A stretch of 64,000 nucleotides of DNA from contig CM082593.2 of assembly GCA_040954595.2 (NCBI GenBank), positions 2,081,830 to 2,145,829 on the forward strand, read 5' to 3'. The stretch comes from Balanoglossus misakiensis. Lineage: Eukaryota; Animalia; Hemichordata. Positions 11,189 to 22,600 of the stretch are shown here, piece by piece; position 1 is the first letter of the stretch; every line of letters starts with the position of its first letter. The position numbers and the translations under genes are program-made. The notes under the pieces are model-generated. The model made no database searches and was not told the DNA's origin. It saw only the letters and a program-made list of their open reading frames with translations.

Positions 11189-14009
11189 ATGGCGGACAGT
11201 GAAGCAGTCGCTACCGAAGCCGGAGTGAAAAGTAAGTTTATCTGCGTTCTATATCACTGATCGGCGACACCGACCCATTAACCCACATTCCCAGAAGATG
11301 TTCTTCAGCGGTACACACTTTTTCTGCCCATTGCTTTAAGGTTTCGTGGCTAACACGGGATATGGGAGGGACACGCCCACCCCACGATCTTTGATCCATG
11401 GTGGGAGTCGTGGGCAACAAGTATCGCGTCTTGGTACCACTGCACTTTACGTGGCCCTCGTGTTCATAAATTAAGGTTACAGCCACGAGAACTGTCTAGT
11501 GTGAGTCATCGTAACCGTGGTTTGTACAGCTGAATATACTATAGATGTTTCCAGGTCGATGGGTCATCTGTCATCACATGTGTAGTAAGGGGTAACCCAT
11601 TTGATATTTTTTTGGGGGGGGGGGGGGGGGCTGCAGGGAATGGGTATGGAAACAGCAGTTTTTGCATGATAGTGAGAATTGTTTCTAAGCGTGTATATAA
11701 TCTCTCACGTCTTTTTTATCAGTGGTTTTAGTCACTGGGGCCTCTGGTTACATAGCGGCACATGTAACGCAGCAACTCTTAAGGGCGGGCTACCGAGTCA
11801 GGGGTACTGTCAGGAGTTTGGAGAATCCAGCAAAAGTGGAACCTCTGAGACAGTTATGTCCAGATGCCAAGCATGAACTGGAACTTGTGGAAGCTGATTT
11901 ACTTAAACCAGAGAGCTGGAAAAGGTATACTAGTACTTGTATTCCATTTGTTTCTGCCAGTTTTCAACCCTTTGACCCCTGTTTCCCTTATCCAACTTCA
12001 CCAAAGAAAACAGTGGATTTGAGGCAACATCGATTCTTGGTAAACTCAATATTAAACAGCTATAGATCTGTAGTCCTAATAGCATTGTCTACTCAACCTA
12101 TCTCACAGTGCAGTAGAAGGCTGCAGCCATGTGTTGCACATCGCCAGTCCGTTCCCGAGCACCAATCCTCAAGATGAAAATGAGTTGATTAAACCAGCAG
12201 TAGAGGGCACTCTCAATGTTCTCAGAGCATGCCAAGAAGCAGGCACTGTCAAACGTGTGGTGTTGACCAGCTCTGTTGCTGCTGTCTCAGGTAAGGAAGG
12301 CTTATTATGTATTCCATATTTCAAAATAAATTGATCATTCCTTTATAATTTAGTTGTACAATAATTTGAACTGTCTTGAACTGTTCTTTCATTGTCAGGA
12401 GGAGCTGGACTTCAGCCAAATCACACCTACAGTGAAGCAGACTGGCCTGATTTGACTTCGATCGGACCGTACGAGAAGAGCAAGACATTGGCAGAAAAGG
12501 CAGCCTGGGATTTTATGGAAAATCTCAAAGGTTTGTTGCTGTCATTCCTCGAAAATTCAATCCTTGATCTTATTTTCTATTCTTTTGAGTCATAAAGATG
12601 ATGTTAAATTTAAAGTCTGTCGACAAAAAATGTGACAGAAACATTTCGGACAAAATTTACAGAACTTTGAAGAATAGTGGTAGGAAATTTCTTGATGTGT
12701 TCTTGTTTGTTTCTCTTGCAGAGGAAGAAAAGTTTGAGCTTGCAGTAGTCAATCCCGGTTTTGTAATGGGTCCAGTGTTGAGTGGATCAAATTGTACCTC
12801 CATGGAGTTACCCAAGAAGTTACTACTGAAAGAAATGCCCGTACTTGCAAAACTGAGTTTTGGATTTGTGGATGTCCGAGATGTAGCAGCTGCTCACATC
12901 GTTGCCATGACGAAACCGGAAGCTGTTGGTAAACTACTTATATTGTTTAGCATATTTTATTACTACCTGTACATGTAGATTCAGAAAAATCTTGAAGTAC
13001 CAGTTACCACATTTGCTGTTGTATTCGGGGTTATAGACGAGGAATAACTTGTCATATCATATAACAAGTCTCACTGTAAACATAATCCTGTTTACCTCCA
13101 GGAAATAGGCATCTTTTGATAAGTGGAAGTCTTTGGATGAAGGAGGTAGCACTTGTTTTGCAGAAAGAATTCAAATCGCAAGGTGAGTATAACTTTCAAA
13201 TGAGGCCCAACCTGCATGCACATAGGTTTTCATGCGGTTGTCCACATCAATGGTATTGTCACAAAAATAAGCCAAGGCTTTCATATTGCAACAGTATTCA
13301 TATAGCATATGTATAATGTACAGTGTATGTTTTCAATACAGGTTATAACATCCCAACATTTGTTGCCCCGAAGATCGGTGTCCAGATTTTTTCTCTGTTT
13401 GATGCAACAGTAAGGATGATCGTACCCTTCATTGGAAAGATGACCTTGTATGATAATTCTCGGGTGAGTCATTGCAAGTCATTGTTTTAAGCAAAAACTT
13501 CAGAACTTCTGCATACATCAACTTGATAAATGTTTACAGTTGCAAACTCCTGTAATTTGAAGTTCTCCTCTAGTTTAGGGTATGTTGTTGAATTTTAGTA
13601 CTAAAACCGAGACTGATTTTAAACAACACAGATGACAAAAGTTCTTGGAATCGAACCCCGCAAGATGGAAGACACCCTGATTGACATGTGCTACAGTATG
13701 ATTGAAGGAGGGTTTTTGCCGAAGAAAGCCAAGTATAGGGGACCAAAAAAGGAAACTGGTGAAGCCTCTGGAATTGCAAGTGCTGCCACTGGAAATGAGG
13801 CGGCCGCTGCCGATGATGCCAATAAGGGCGCTAGTGCTGCAGTGAGTGGCAGTGATACTAAGGTTGCCGTGAACGACGGCGCTAAAGATGAAGCTGCTGC
13901 AGCCACAGATGCAATAAACACCGCCAAAGAAACCACCGCTGAGGAAACCAAAGAGGAAGACAAAACACAAAGTGATGTAGCTCCTGCTAAAGACGAACCA
14001 AAGGAGTGA
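11189..14009 (+). CDS. Extended SDR NAD(P)-dependent epimerase/reductase (DFR/CCR/aldehyde reductase II-like), copy 1; exons 11189-11231, 11723-11924, 12109-12290, 12399-12530, 12722-12928, 13102-13182, 13342-13463, 13632-14009; ~448 aa
   Basis: [11 protein letters not shown] Rossmann motif, HIASP, RVVLTSS, YEKSK (YxxxK), [18 protein letters not shown]; all seven introns are GT-AG and phase-compatible; AATAAA at 14490. Confidence 0.93.
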
Positions 14010-15504
14010 GAACTTATCAGCAACAAGTTATAATTTTTATTGTGAATATGCAGTATACACAATACGGGTATAACCAGTGAACTGTATTGGTATCAACAGA
14101 CAGGCAGGTCACATAAAAGTTGTGAGAGTGGTGGAGTGGTATGTCATGTAAACGCAAATTATATAATGATTGTACATATAACAGTATTATAAAAGAAAAC
14201 CACTTTAAACAAAACAGAAATCTCACTCCTAAATATTAAATGTAATTCTTGGCCTGAAAATTGCATAGTTATTAGTAACCTGGTCCTGGACCAGTAGGTT
14301 GTTTTTATCAGTCTTTGTTCAAATTGGTTGTAAGAACATTAAACTATAATTTACATATGCAAGTGAAATGGTTCTAAGACGTGATCCAATATAACTGCCA
14401 AGCACCCATTTTTGGGTAATTTTCCCTAAGGGCAGAATTAAATCAACAGGCTAATTACATGATAAGAAAATGTAGTTGATGTTTATATGAATAAAAAAGT
14501 TGTCTTCAAGACTTTGCTTCATCAATGTGATTATTATTAACTCATATTTGTTACATTTCTTCAGCTGTTGAAACAAGTAGTTTAATAAGAGAGAATAATC
14601 TTTGCCTTGAGCAAAATATGAGCAAAAGTATAAGATTTTCATTTTGGATGTGCGTACTACTGCAAAAGAGCAGTTTGGAAGCATGGGTACTATTTATACA
14701 GGGAAGAAATGGAAAACAACACAGCATATTCTCATTAAATCATTATTTTTTTATTCATGGTAAAATGCCCATTATCAGCACCTAAGACCGCCCAGGAAAT
14801 ATAACCCTAGAAACCTGAACCCAACACAGTGTCAGACAAGCCTAAGGGGAGGATGTCGGGGGTCATACAAGAACATTAACGGGACAAAGCCGCTAACTTG
14901 TAGCACAAGAAATAAAATCACCAGAGGAGGTACATAGCAGAAACTTAATTAGGGGTAAAATACCTATAATTCATGTTATGATGTTTTACCGACTTTGCCC
15001 CCCCCCCCCCCCCTGAAGTACATTACTTCCATACAGTGATAGGATACATAAATTTTAAACCCTGTGTCATCTGGTAAAATACACATAAAAACTTAAACCA
15101 TTGTGCTGGGTTTATGCATGGGGATGTGACTTCAATGATGTAAAGGGGGTGAACGCGGATTTGATGTCGAGTGATAACAACTTTGTAAATTGAAACTTGG
15201 AAAACTATAACAATTAGCATGGATAGAGGAAAAGGTGTAGCTTTAAATGTAATATATGAAATGTAAATAAAATTATCCTGATAAATTCAATATACAATCA
15301 TGTCACAAAGGATTGATGTGTGTGTGCTCTCAGAGGTAATTGTGTTAGCCTCAAACTAACATCTTACTTCTATGACTTAGAAAAGCTTGCTCCTATGAGT
15401 GGTATAGCTCTCTTTTCTAAGTCACAGGAACAATCGGCAACTGAATAAGTCATAATTGGTGCAATGTGTCTCGGTTTTATTGAGACATCCACAGCTTACA
15501 ATAG

Positions 15505-15524
15505 CTGCGCCCCCTAGCGGTCCA
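15505..15524 (-). promoter_or_regulatory. CTCF-like binding motif
   Basis: Minus strand TGGACCGCTAGGGGGCGCAG matches the CTCF core CCNCNAGRKGGCGC; isolated GC-rich motif in an AT-rich tract. Confidence 0.55.
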
Positions 15525-16030
15525 GTGACAGTATATTCAATGTCTTGAATTTCATTTTGATTTCTACAGCAATTTATTTGCAGAAGCAAATGCCAACTGA
15601 TCAATTAAAATAGCATTAGGGCAAAGACATTGTCACGGAACCATGAGCAGAATTCATTGCAATTTTTTCATTTGAGTATTTCATAATTTGTTCAATTTTT
15701 AGGTGGTGCTTAAATTAGCAGCAGTTTAGACAACCTTTCTGTTGTCGCTTAAACAAACAGAAGTATCCAAATTGAAAACATTTTGAAAATTTAGTGATTT
15801 CCAATACTGCTCCCAGCTTTCGAAGAGAAAAGGGGATAGAGAGAGGAAAGAGGATAATTGATTGTATCATTGATACAATCAATTATATGCAAGAGTGAAG
15901 ATGCAATGTATGCATGCCATTCCAGAAAGCTAGAAAATGGAAATAGCATGCATTCATAGCAATAGAGAGAGAGATACATGTATTGAAGCTAAATCAACTC
16001 ACACCTATCAGGTCTTGAGAGAGCAAGTCT

Positions 16031-16280
16031 AATCCAATTTTGGTCAATTTGAGTAAATTAATACATTAAGTTTAAACGTGATTGTCCAACTTTGTAATTG
16101 TATACATTTTGTCTTAAACAATTCAATCCAATTTTGATCAATTTGAATAAATTACATTAAGTTTAAACATGGTTGTCCAACTTTGTATATAAAACAATTC
16201 AATCCAATTTTGATCAATTTCAATAAATTACATTAAGTTTAAACATGGTTGTCCAACTTTTTAATTGAATACATTTTGAC
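16031..16280. repeat. Degenerate tandem repeat, 3 copies of ~75-95 bp
   Basis: AATCCAATTTTG(G/A)TCAATTT...CATTAAGTTTAAAC...TTGTCCAACTTT recurs at about 16031, 16126 and 16201. Confidence 0.85.
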
Positions 16281-16686
16281 TTTATAAAGTTTTCAAATTG
16301 CCCATATCCCTTCAGCTACACCATTACCATTGAGCCTAAAATATTAATGTTAGTTGTTACGCGCAAGTTACTATGTTAGTGGTTACGCTTATAATTAGGC
16401 TGAAATGGTAAATCCGAAGATCACTGGACCCACAAGTTATGGAGTTAAAGCATGAACGCTGCGGCCGCATTTAAATGAGCTATGTGGGAAATCCATTGAT
16501 CTTCAGACTGGCTGATCACTGAAAATTTGATGTGCATATTAATAAATAAAAATCCCCATACGACTTTAAATAGGCATCATTCTGCCAGAAGTTGGACAAG
16601 TTGGACTTGACATCAATTTGCTTTGTGCTTGAATAAAAAAGAAATCGCTTACTTTTGAGTAAAATTTTGAAGTCATTTGTGATACA

Positions 16687-19600
16687 GTAAAAATTAGTCA
16701 TTTGTGTATAATTGTAAAATATTAACTTGCTCTCTCGTTGACATTACAATCTACTGTTACACTACAAAATACAATAATTAAAACTGACAATAAAATGTTC
16801 ATCATTAACAGTAACTACAATCTTCTTGGGCTGTATAAACCAAAGCATCTGATTTTCCAGTGCAGTGAGAACCATATCCAGTCTTGTTCTTTTCCATTAC
16901 CAGTCTAGCTGTTTTCCGGTGAAGTGGGCACCATATCCAGTCTTGTTCTTTTCCATTACCAGTCTAGCTGTTTTCCAGTGAAGTGGGCACCATATCCAGT
17001 CTTGTTCTTTTCCATAATACCAGTCTAGCTGTTTTCCAGTGAAGTGGGCACCATATCCATGAGTCTTGTTCTTCTCCATTACCAGTCTAGCTGTTTTCCA
17101 GTGAAGTGGGCACCATATCCAGTCTTGTTCTTTTCCATTACCAGTCTAGCTGTTTTCCAGTGAAGTGGGCACCATATCCAGTCTTGTTCTTTTCCATTAC
17201 CAGTCTAGCAGTTTTCCAGTGAAGTGGGCACCATATCCAGTCTTGTTCTTTTCCATTACCAGTCTAGCTGTTTTCCAGTGAAGTGGGCACCATATCCAGT
17301 CATGTTCTTTTCCATTACCAGTCTAGCTGTTTTCCAGTGAAGTGGGCACCATATCCAGTCTTGTTCTTTTCCATTACCAGTCTAGCAGTTTTCCAGTGAA
17401 GTGGGCACCATATCCAGTCTTGTTCTTTTCCATTACCAGTCTAGCTGTTTTCCAGTTAAGTGGGCACCATATCCAGTCTTGTTCTTTCCATTACCAGTCT
17501 AGCTGTAAAAAATAGTCAATTTGTGTATAATTGTAAAATATTAACTTGCTCTCTCTTTGACATTACAATCTACTGTTACACTACAAAATACAATAATTAA
17601 AACTGACAATAAAATGTTCATCATTAACAGTAACTACAATCTTCTGGTTTCTTCTTGGGCTGTATAAACCAAAGCATCTGATTTTCCAGTGAAGTGGGCA
17701 CCATATCCAGTCTTGTTCTTTTCCATTACCAGTCTAGCTGTTTTCCAGTGAAGTGGGCACCATATCCAGTCTTGTTCTTTTCCATAATACCAGTCTAGCT
17801 GTTTTCCAGTGAAGTGGGCACCATATCCATGAGTCTTGTTCTTCTCCATTACCAGTCTAGCTGTTTTCCAGTGAAGTGGGCACCATATCCAGTCTTGTTC
17901 TTTTCCATTACCAGTCTAGCTGTTTTCCAGTGAAGTGGGCACCATATCCAGTCTTGTTCTTTTCCATTACCAGTCTAGCAGTTTTCCAGTGAAGTGGGCA
18001 CCATATCCAGTCTTGTTCTTTTCCATTACCAGTCTAGCTGTTTTCCAGTGAAGTGGGCACCATATCCAGTCATGTTCTTTTCCATTACCAGTCTAGCTGT
18101 TTTCCAGTGAAGTGGGCACCATATCCAGTCTTGTTCTTTTCCATTACCAGTCTAGCAGTTTTCCAGTGAAGTGGGCACCATATCCAGTCTTGTTCTTTTC
18201 CATTACCAGTCTAGCTGTTTTCCAGTGAAGTGGGCACCATATCCAGTCTTGTTCTTTCCATTACCAGTCTAGCTGTAAAAAATAGTCAATTTGTGTATAA
18301 TTGTAAAATATTAACTTGCTCTCTCTTTGACATTACAATCTACTGTTACACTACAAAATACAATAATTAAAACTGACAATAAAATGTTCATCATTAACAG
18401 TAACTACAATCTTCTGGTTTCTTCTTGGGCTGTATAAACCAAAGCATCTGATTTTCCAGTTAAGTGGGCACCATATCCAGTCTTGTTCTTTTCCATAATA
18501 CCAGTCTAGCTGTTTTCCAGTGAAGTGGGCACCATATCCAGTCTTGTTCTTTTCCATAATACCAGTCTAGCTGTTTTCCAGTGAAGTGGGCACCATATCC
18601 ATGAGTCTTGTTCTTCTCCATTACCAGTCTAGCTGTTTTCCAGTGAAGTGGGCACCATATCCAGTCTTGTTCTTTTCCATTACCAGTCTAGCTGTTTTCC
18701 AGTGAAGTGGGCACCATATCCAGTCTTGTTCTTTTCCATTACCAGTCTAGCAGTTTTCCAGTGAAGTGGGCACCATATCCAGTCTTGTTCTTTTCCATTA
18801 CCAGTCTAGCTGTTTTCCAGTGAAGTGGGCACCATATCCAGTCATGTTCTTTTCCATTACCAGTCTAGCTGTTTTCCAGTGAAGTGGGCACCATATCCAG
18901 TCTTGTTCTTTTCCATTACCAGTCTAGCAGTTTTCCAGTGAAGTGGGCACCATATCCAGTCTTGTTCTTTTCCATTACCAGTCTAGCTGTTTTCCAGTGA
19001 AGTGGGCACCATATCGAGTCTTGTTCTTTCCATTACCAGTCTAGCTGTAAAAAATAGTCAATTTGTGTATAATTGTAAAATATTAACTTGCTCTCTCTTT
19101 GACATTACAATCTACTGTTACACTACAAAATACAATAATTAAAACTGACAATAAAATGTTCATCATTAACAGTAACTACAATCTTCTGGTTTCTTCTTGG
19201 GCTGTATAAACCAAAGCATCTGATTTTCCAGTGAAGTGGGCACCATATCCAGTCTTGTTCTTTTCCATTACCAGTTTAGCTGTTTTCCAGTGAAGTGGGC
19301 ACCATATCCAGTCTTGTTCTTTTCCATAATACCAGTCTAGCTGTTTTCCAGTGAAGTGGGCACCATATCCATGAGTCTTGTTCTTCTCCATTACCAGTCT
19401 AGCTGTTTTCCAGTGAAGTGGGCACCATATCCAGTCTTGTTCTTTTCCATTACCAGTCTAGCTGTTTTCCAGTGAAGTGGGCACCATATCCAGTCTTGTT
19501 CTTTTCCATTACCAGTCTAGCAGTTTTCCAGTGAAGTGGGCACCATATCCAGTCTTGTTCTCCAGTGAAGTGGGCACCATATCCAGTCTTGTTCTTTTCC

Positions 19601-22600
19601 ATTACCAGTCTAGCAGTTTTCCAGTGAAGTGGGCACCATATCCAGTCTTGTTCTTTTCCATTACCAGTCTAGCTGTTTTCCAGTGAAGTGGGCACCATAT
19701 CGAGTCTTGTTCTTTCCATTACCAGTCTAGCTGTAAAAAATAGTCAATTTGTGTATAATTGTAAAATATTAACTTGCTCTCTCTTTTACATTACAATCTA
19801 CTGTTACACTACAAAATACAATAATTAAAACTGACAATAAAATGTTCATCATTAACAGTAACTACAATCTTCTGGTTTCTTCTTGGGCTGTATAAACCAA
19901 AGCATCTGATTTTCCAGTGAAGTGGGCACCATATCCAGTCTTGTTCTTTTCCATTACCAGTCTAGCTGTTTTCCAGTGAAGTGGGCACCATATCCATGAG
20001 TCTTGTTCTTCTCCATTACCAGTCTAGCTGTTTTCCAGTGAAGTGGGCACCATATCCAGTCTTGTTCTTTTCCATTACCAGTCTAGCTGTTTTCCAGTGA
20101 AGTTGGCACCATATCCAGTCTTGTTCTTTTCCATAATACCAGTCTAGCTGTTTTCCAGTGAAGTGGGCACCATATCCATGAGTCTTGTTCTTCTCCATTA
20201 CCAGTCTAGCTGTTTTCCAGTGAAGTGGGCACCATATCCAGTCTTGTTCTTTTCCATTACCAGTCTAGCTGTTTTCCAGTGAAGTGGGCACCATATCCAG
20301 TCTTGTTCTTTTCCATTACCAGTCTAGCAGTTTTCCAGTGAAGTGGGCACCATATCCAGTCTTGTTCTCCAGTGAAGTGGGCACCATATCCAGTCTTGTT
20401 CTTTTCCATTACCAGTCTAGCAGTTTTCCAGTGAAGTGGGCACCATATCCAGTCTTGTTCTTTTCCATTACCAGTCTAGCTGTTTTCCAGTGAAGTGGGC
20501 ACCATATCGAGTCTTGTTCTTTCCATTACCAGTCTAGCTGTAAAAAATAGTCAATTTGTGTATAATTGTAAAATATTAACTTGCTCTCTCTTTTACATTA
20601 CAATCTACTGTTACACTACAAAATACAATAATTAAAACTGACAATAAAATGTTCATCATTAACAGTAACTACAATCTTCTGGTTTCTTCTTGGGCTGTAT
20701 AAACCAAAGCATCTGATTTTCCAGTGAAGTGGGCACCATATCCAGTCTTGTTCTTTTCCATTACCAGTCTAGCTGTTTTCCAGTGAAGTGGGCACCATAT
20801 CCATGAGTCTTGTTCTTCTCCATTACCAGTCTAGCTGTTTTCCAGTGAAGTGGGCACCATATCCAGTCTTGTTCTTTTCCATTACCAGTCTAGCTGTTTT
20901 CCAGTGAAGTTGGCACCATATCCAGTCTTGTTCTTTTCCATTACCAGTCTAGCAGTTTTCCAGTGAAGTGGGCACCATATCCAGTCTTGTTCTTTTCCAT
21001 TACCAGTCTAGCTGTTTTCCAGTGAAGTGGGCACCATATCCAGTCATGTTCTTTTCCATTACCAGTCTAGCTGTTTTCCAGTGAAGTGGGCACCATATCC
21101 AGTCTTGTTCTTTTACATTACCAGTCTAGCAGTTTTCCAGTGAAGTGGGCACCATATACAGTCTTGTTCTTTTCCATTACCAGTCTAGCTGTTTTCCAGT
21201 GAAGTGGGCACCATATCCAGTCTTGTTCTTTCCATTACCAGTCTAGCTGTAAAAAATAGTCAATTTGTGTATAATTGTAAAATATTAACTTGCTCTCTCT
21301 TTGACATTACAATCTACTGTTACACTACAAAATACAATAATTAAAACTGACAATAAAATGTTCATCATTAACAGTAACTACAATCTTCTGGTTTCTTCTT
21401 GGGCTGTATAAACCAAAGCATCTGATTTTCCAGTGAAGTGGGCACCATATCCAGTCTTGTTCTTTTCCATAATACCAGTAGAGCTGTTTTCCAGTGAAGT
21501 GGGCACCATATCCAGTCTTGTTCTTTTCCATAATACCAGTCTAGCTGTTTTCCAGTGAAGTGGGCACCATATCCATGAGTCTTGTTCTTCTCCATTACCA
21601 GTCTAGCTGTTTTCCAGTGAAGTGGGCACCATATCCAGTCTTGTTCTTTTCCATTACCAGTTTAGCTGTTTTCCAGTGAAGTGGGCACCATATCCAGTCT
21701 TGTTCTTTTCCATAATACCAGTCTAGCTGTTTTCCAGTGAAGTGGGCACCATATCCATGAGTCTTGTTCTTCTCCATTACCAGTCTAGCTGTTTTCCAGT
21801 GAAGTGGGCACCATATCCAGTCTTGTTCTTTTCCATTACCAGTCTAGCTGTTTTCCAGTGAAGTGGGCACCATATCCAGTCTTGTTCTTTTCCATTACCA
21901 GTCTAGCAGTTTTCCAGTGAAGTGGGCACCATATCCAGTCTTGTTCTCCAGTGAAGTGGGCACCATATCCAGTCTTGTTCTTTTCCATTACCAGTCTAGC
22001 AGTTTTCCAGTGAAGTGGGCACCATATCCAGTCTTGTTCTTTTCCATTACCAGTCTAGCTGTTTTCCAGTGAAGTGGGCACCATATCGAGTCTTGTTCTT
22101 TCCATTACCAGTCTAGCTGTAAAAAATAGTCAATTTGTGTATAATTGTAAAATATTAACTTGCTCTCTCTTTTACATTACAATCTACTGTTACACTACAA
22201 AATACAATAATTAAAACTGACAATAAAATGTTCATCATTAACAGTAACTACAATCTTCTGGTTTCTTCTTGGGCTGTATAAACCAAAGCATCTGATTTTC
22301 CAGTGAAGTGGGCACCATATCCAGTCTTGTTCTTTTCCATTACCAGTCTAGCTGTTTTCCAGTGAAGTGGGCACCATATCCATGAGTCTTGTTCTTCTCC
22401 ATTACCAGTCTAGCTGTTTTCCAGTGAAGTGGGCACCATATCCAGTCTTGTTCTTTTCCATTACCAGTCTAGCTGTTTTCCAGTGAAGTTGGCACCATAT
22501 CCAGTCTTGTTCTTTTCCATAATACCAGTCTAGCTGTTTTCCAGTGAAGTGGGCACCATATCCATGAGTCTTGTTCTTCTCCATTACCAGTCTAGCTGTT

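Noticed and set aside
13575-14062. Antisense ORFs of 123-131 aa over the SDR last exon, and similar shadow ORFs over the GPCR and GT
   Set aside because: Shadow frames of real coding exons, with no independent motifs.
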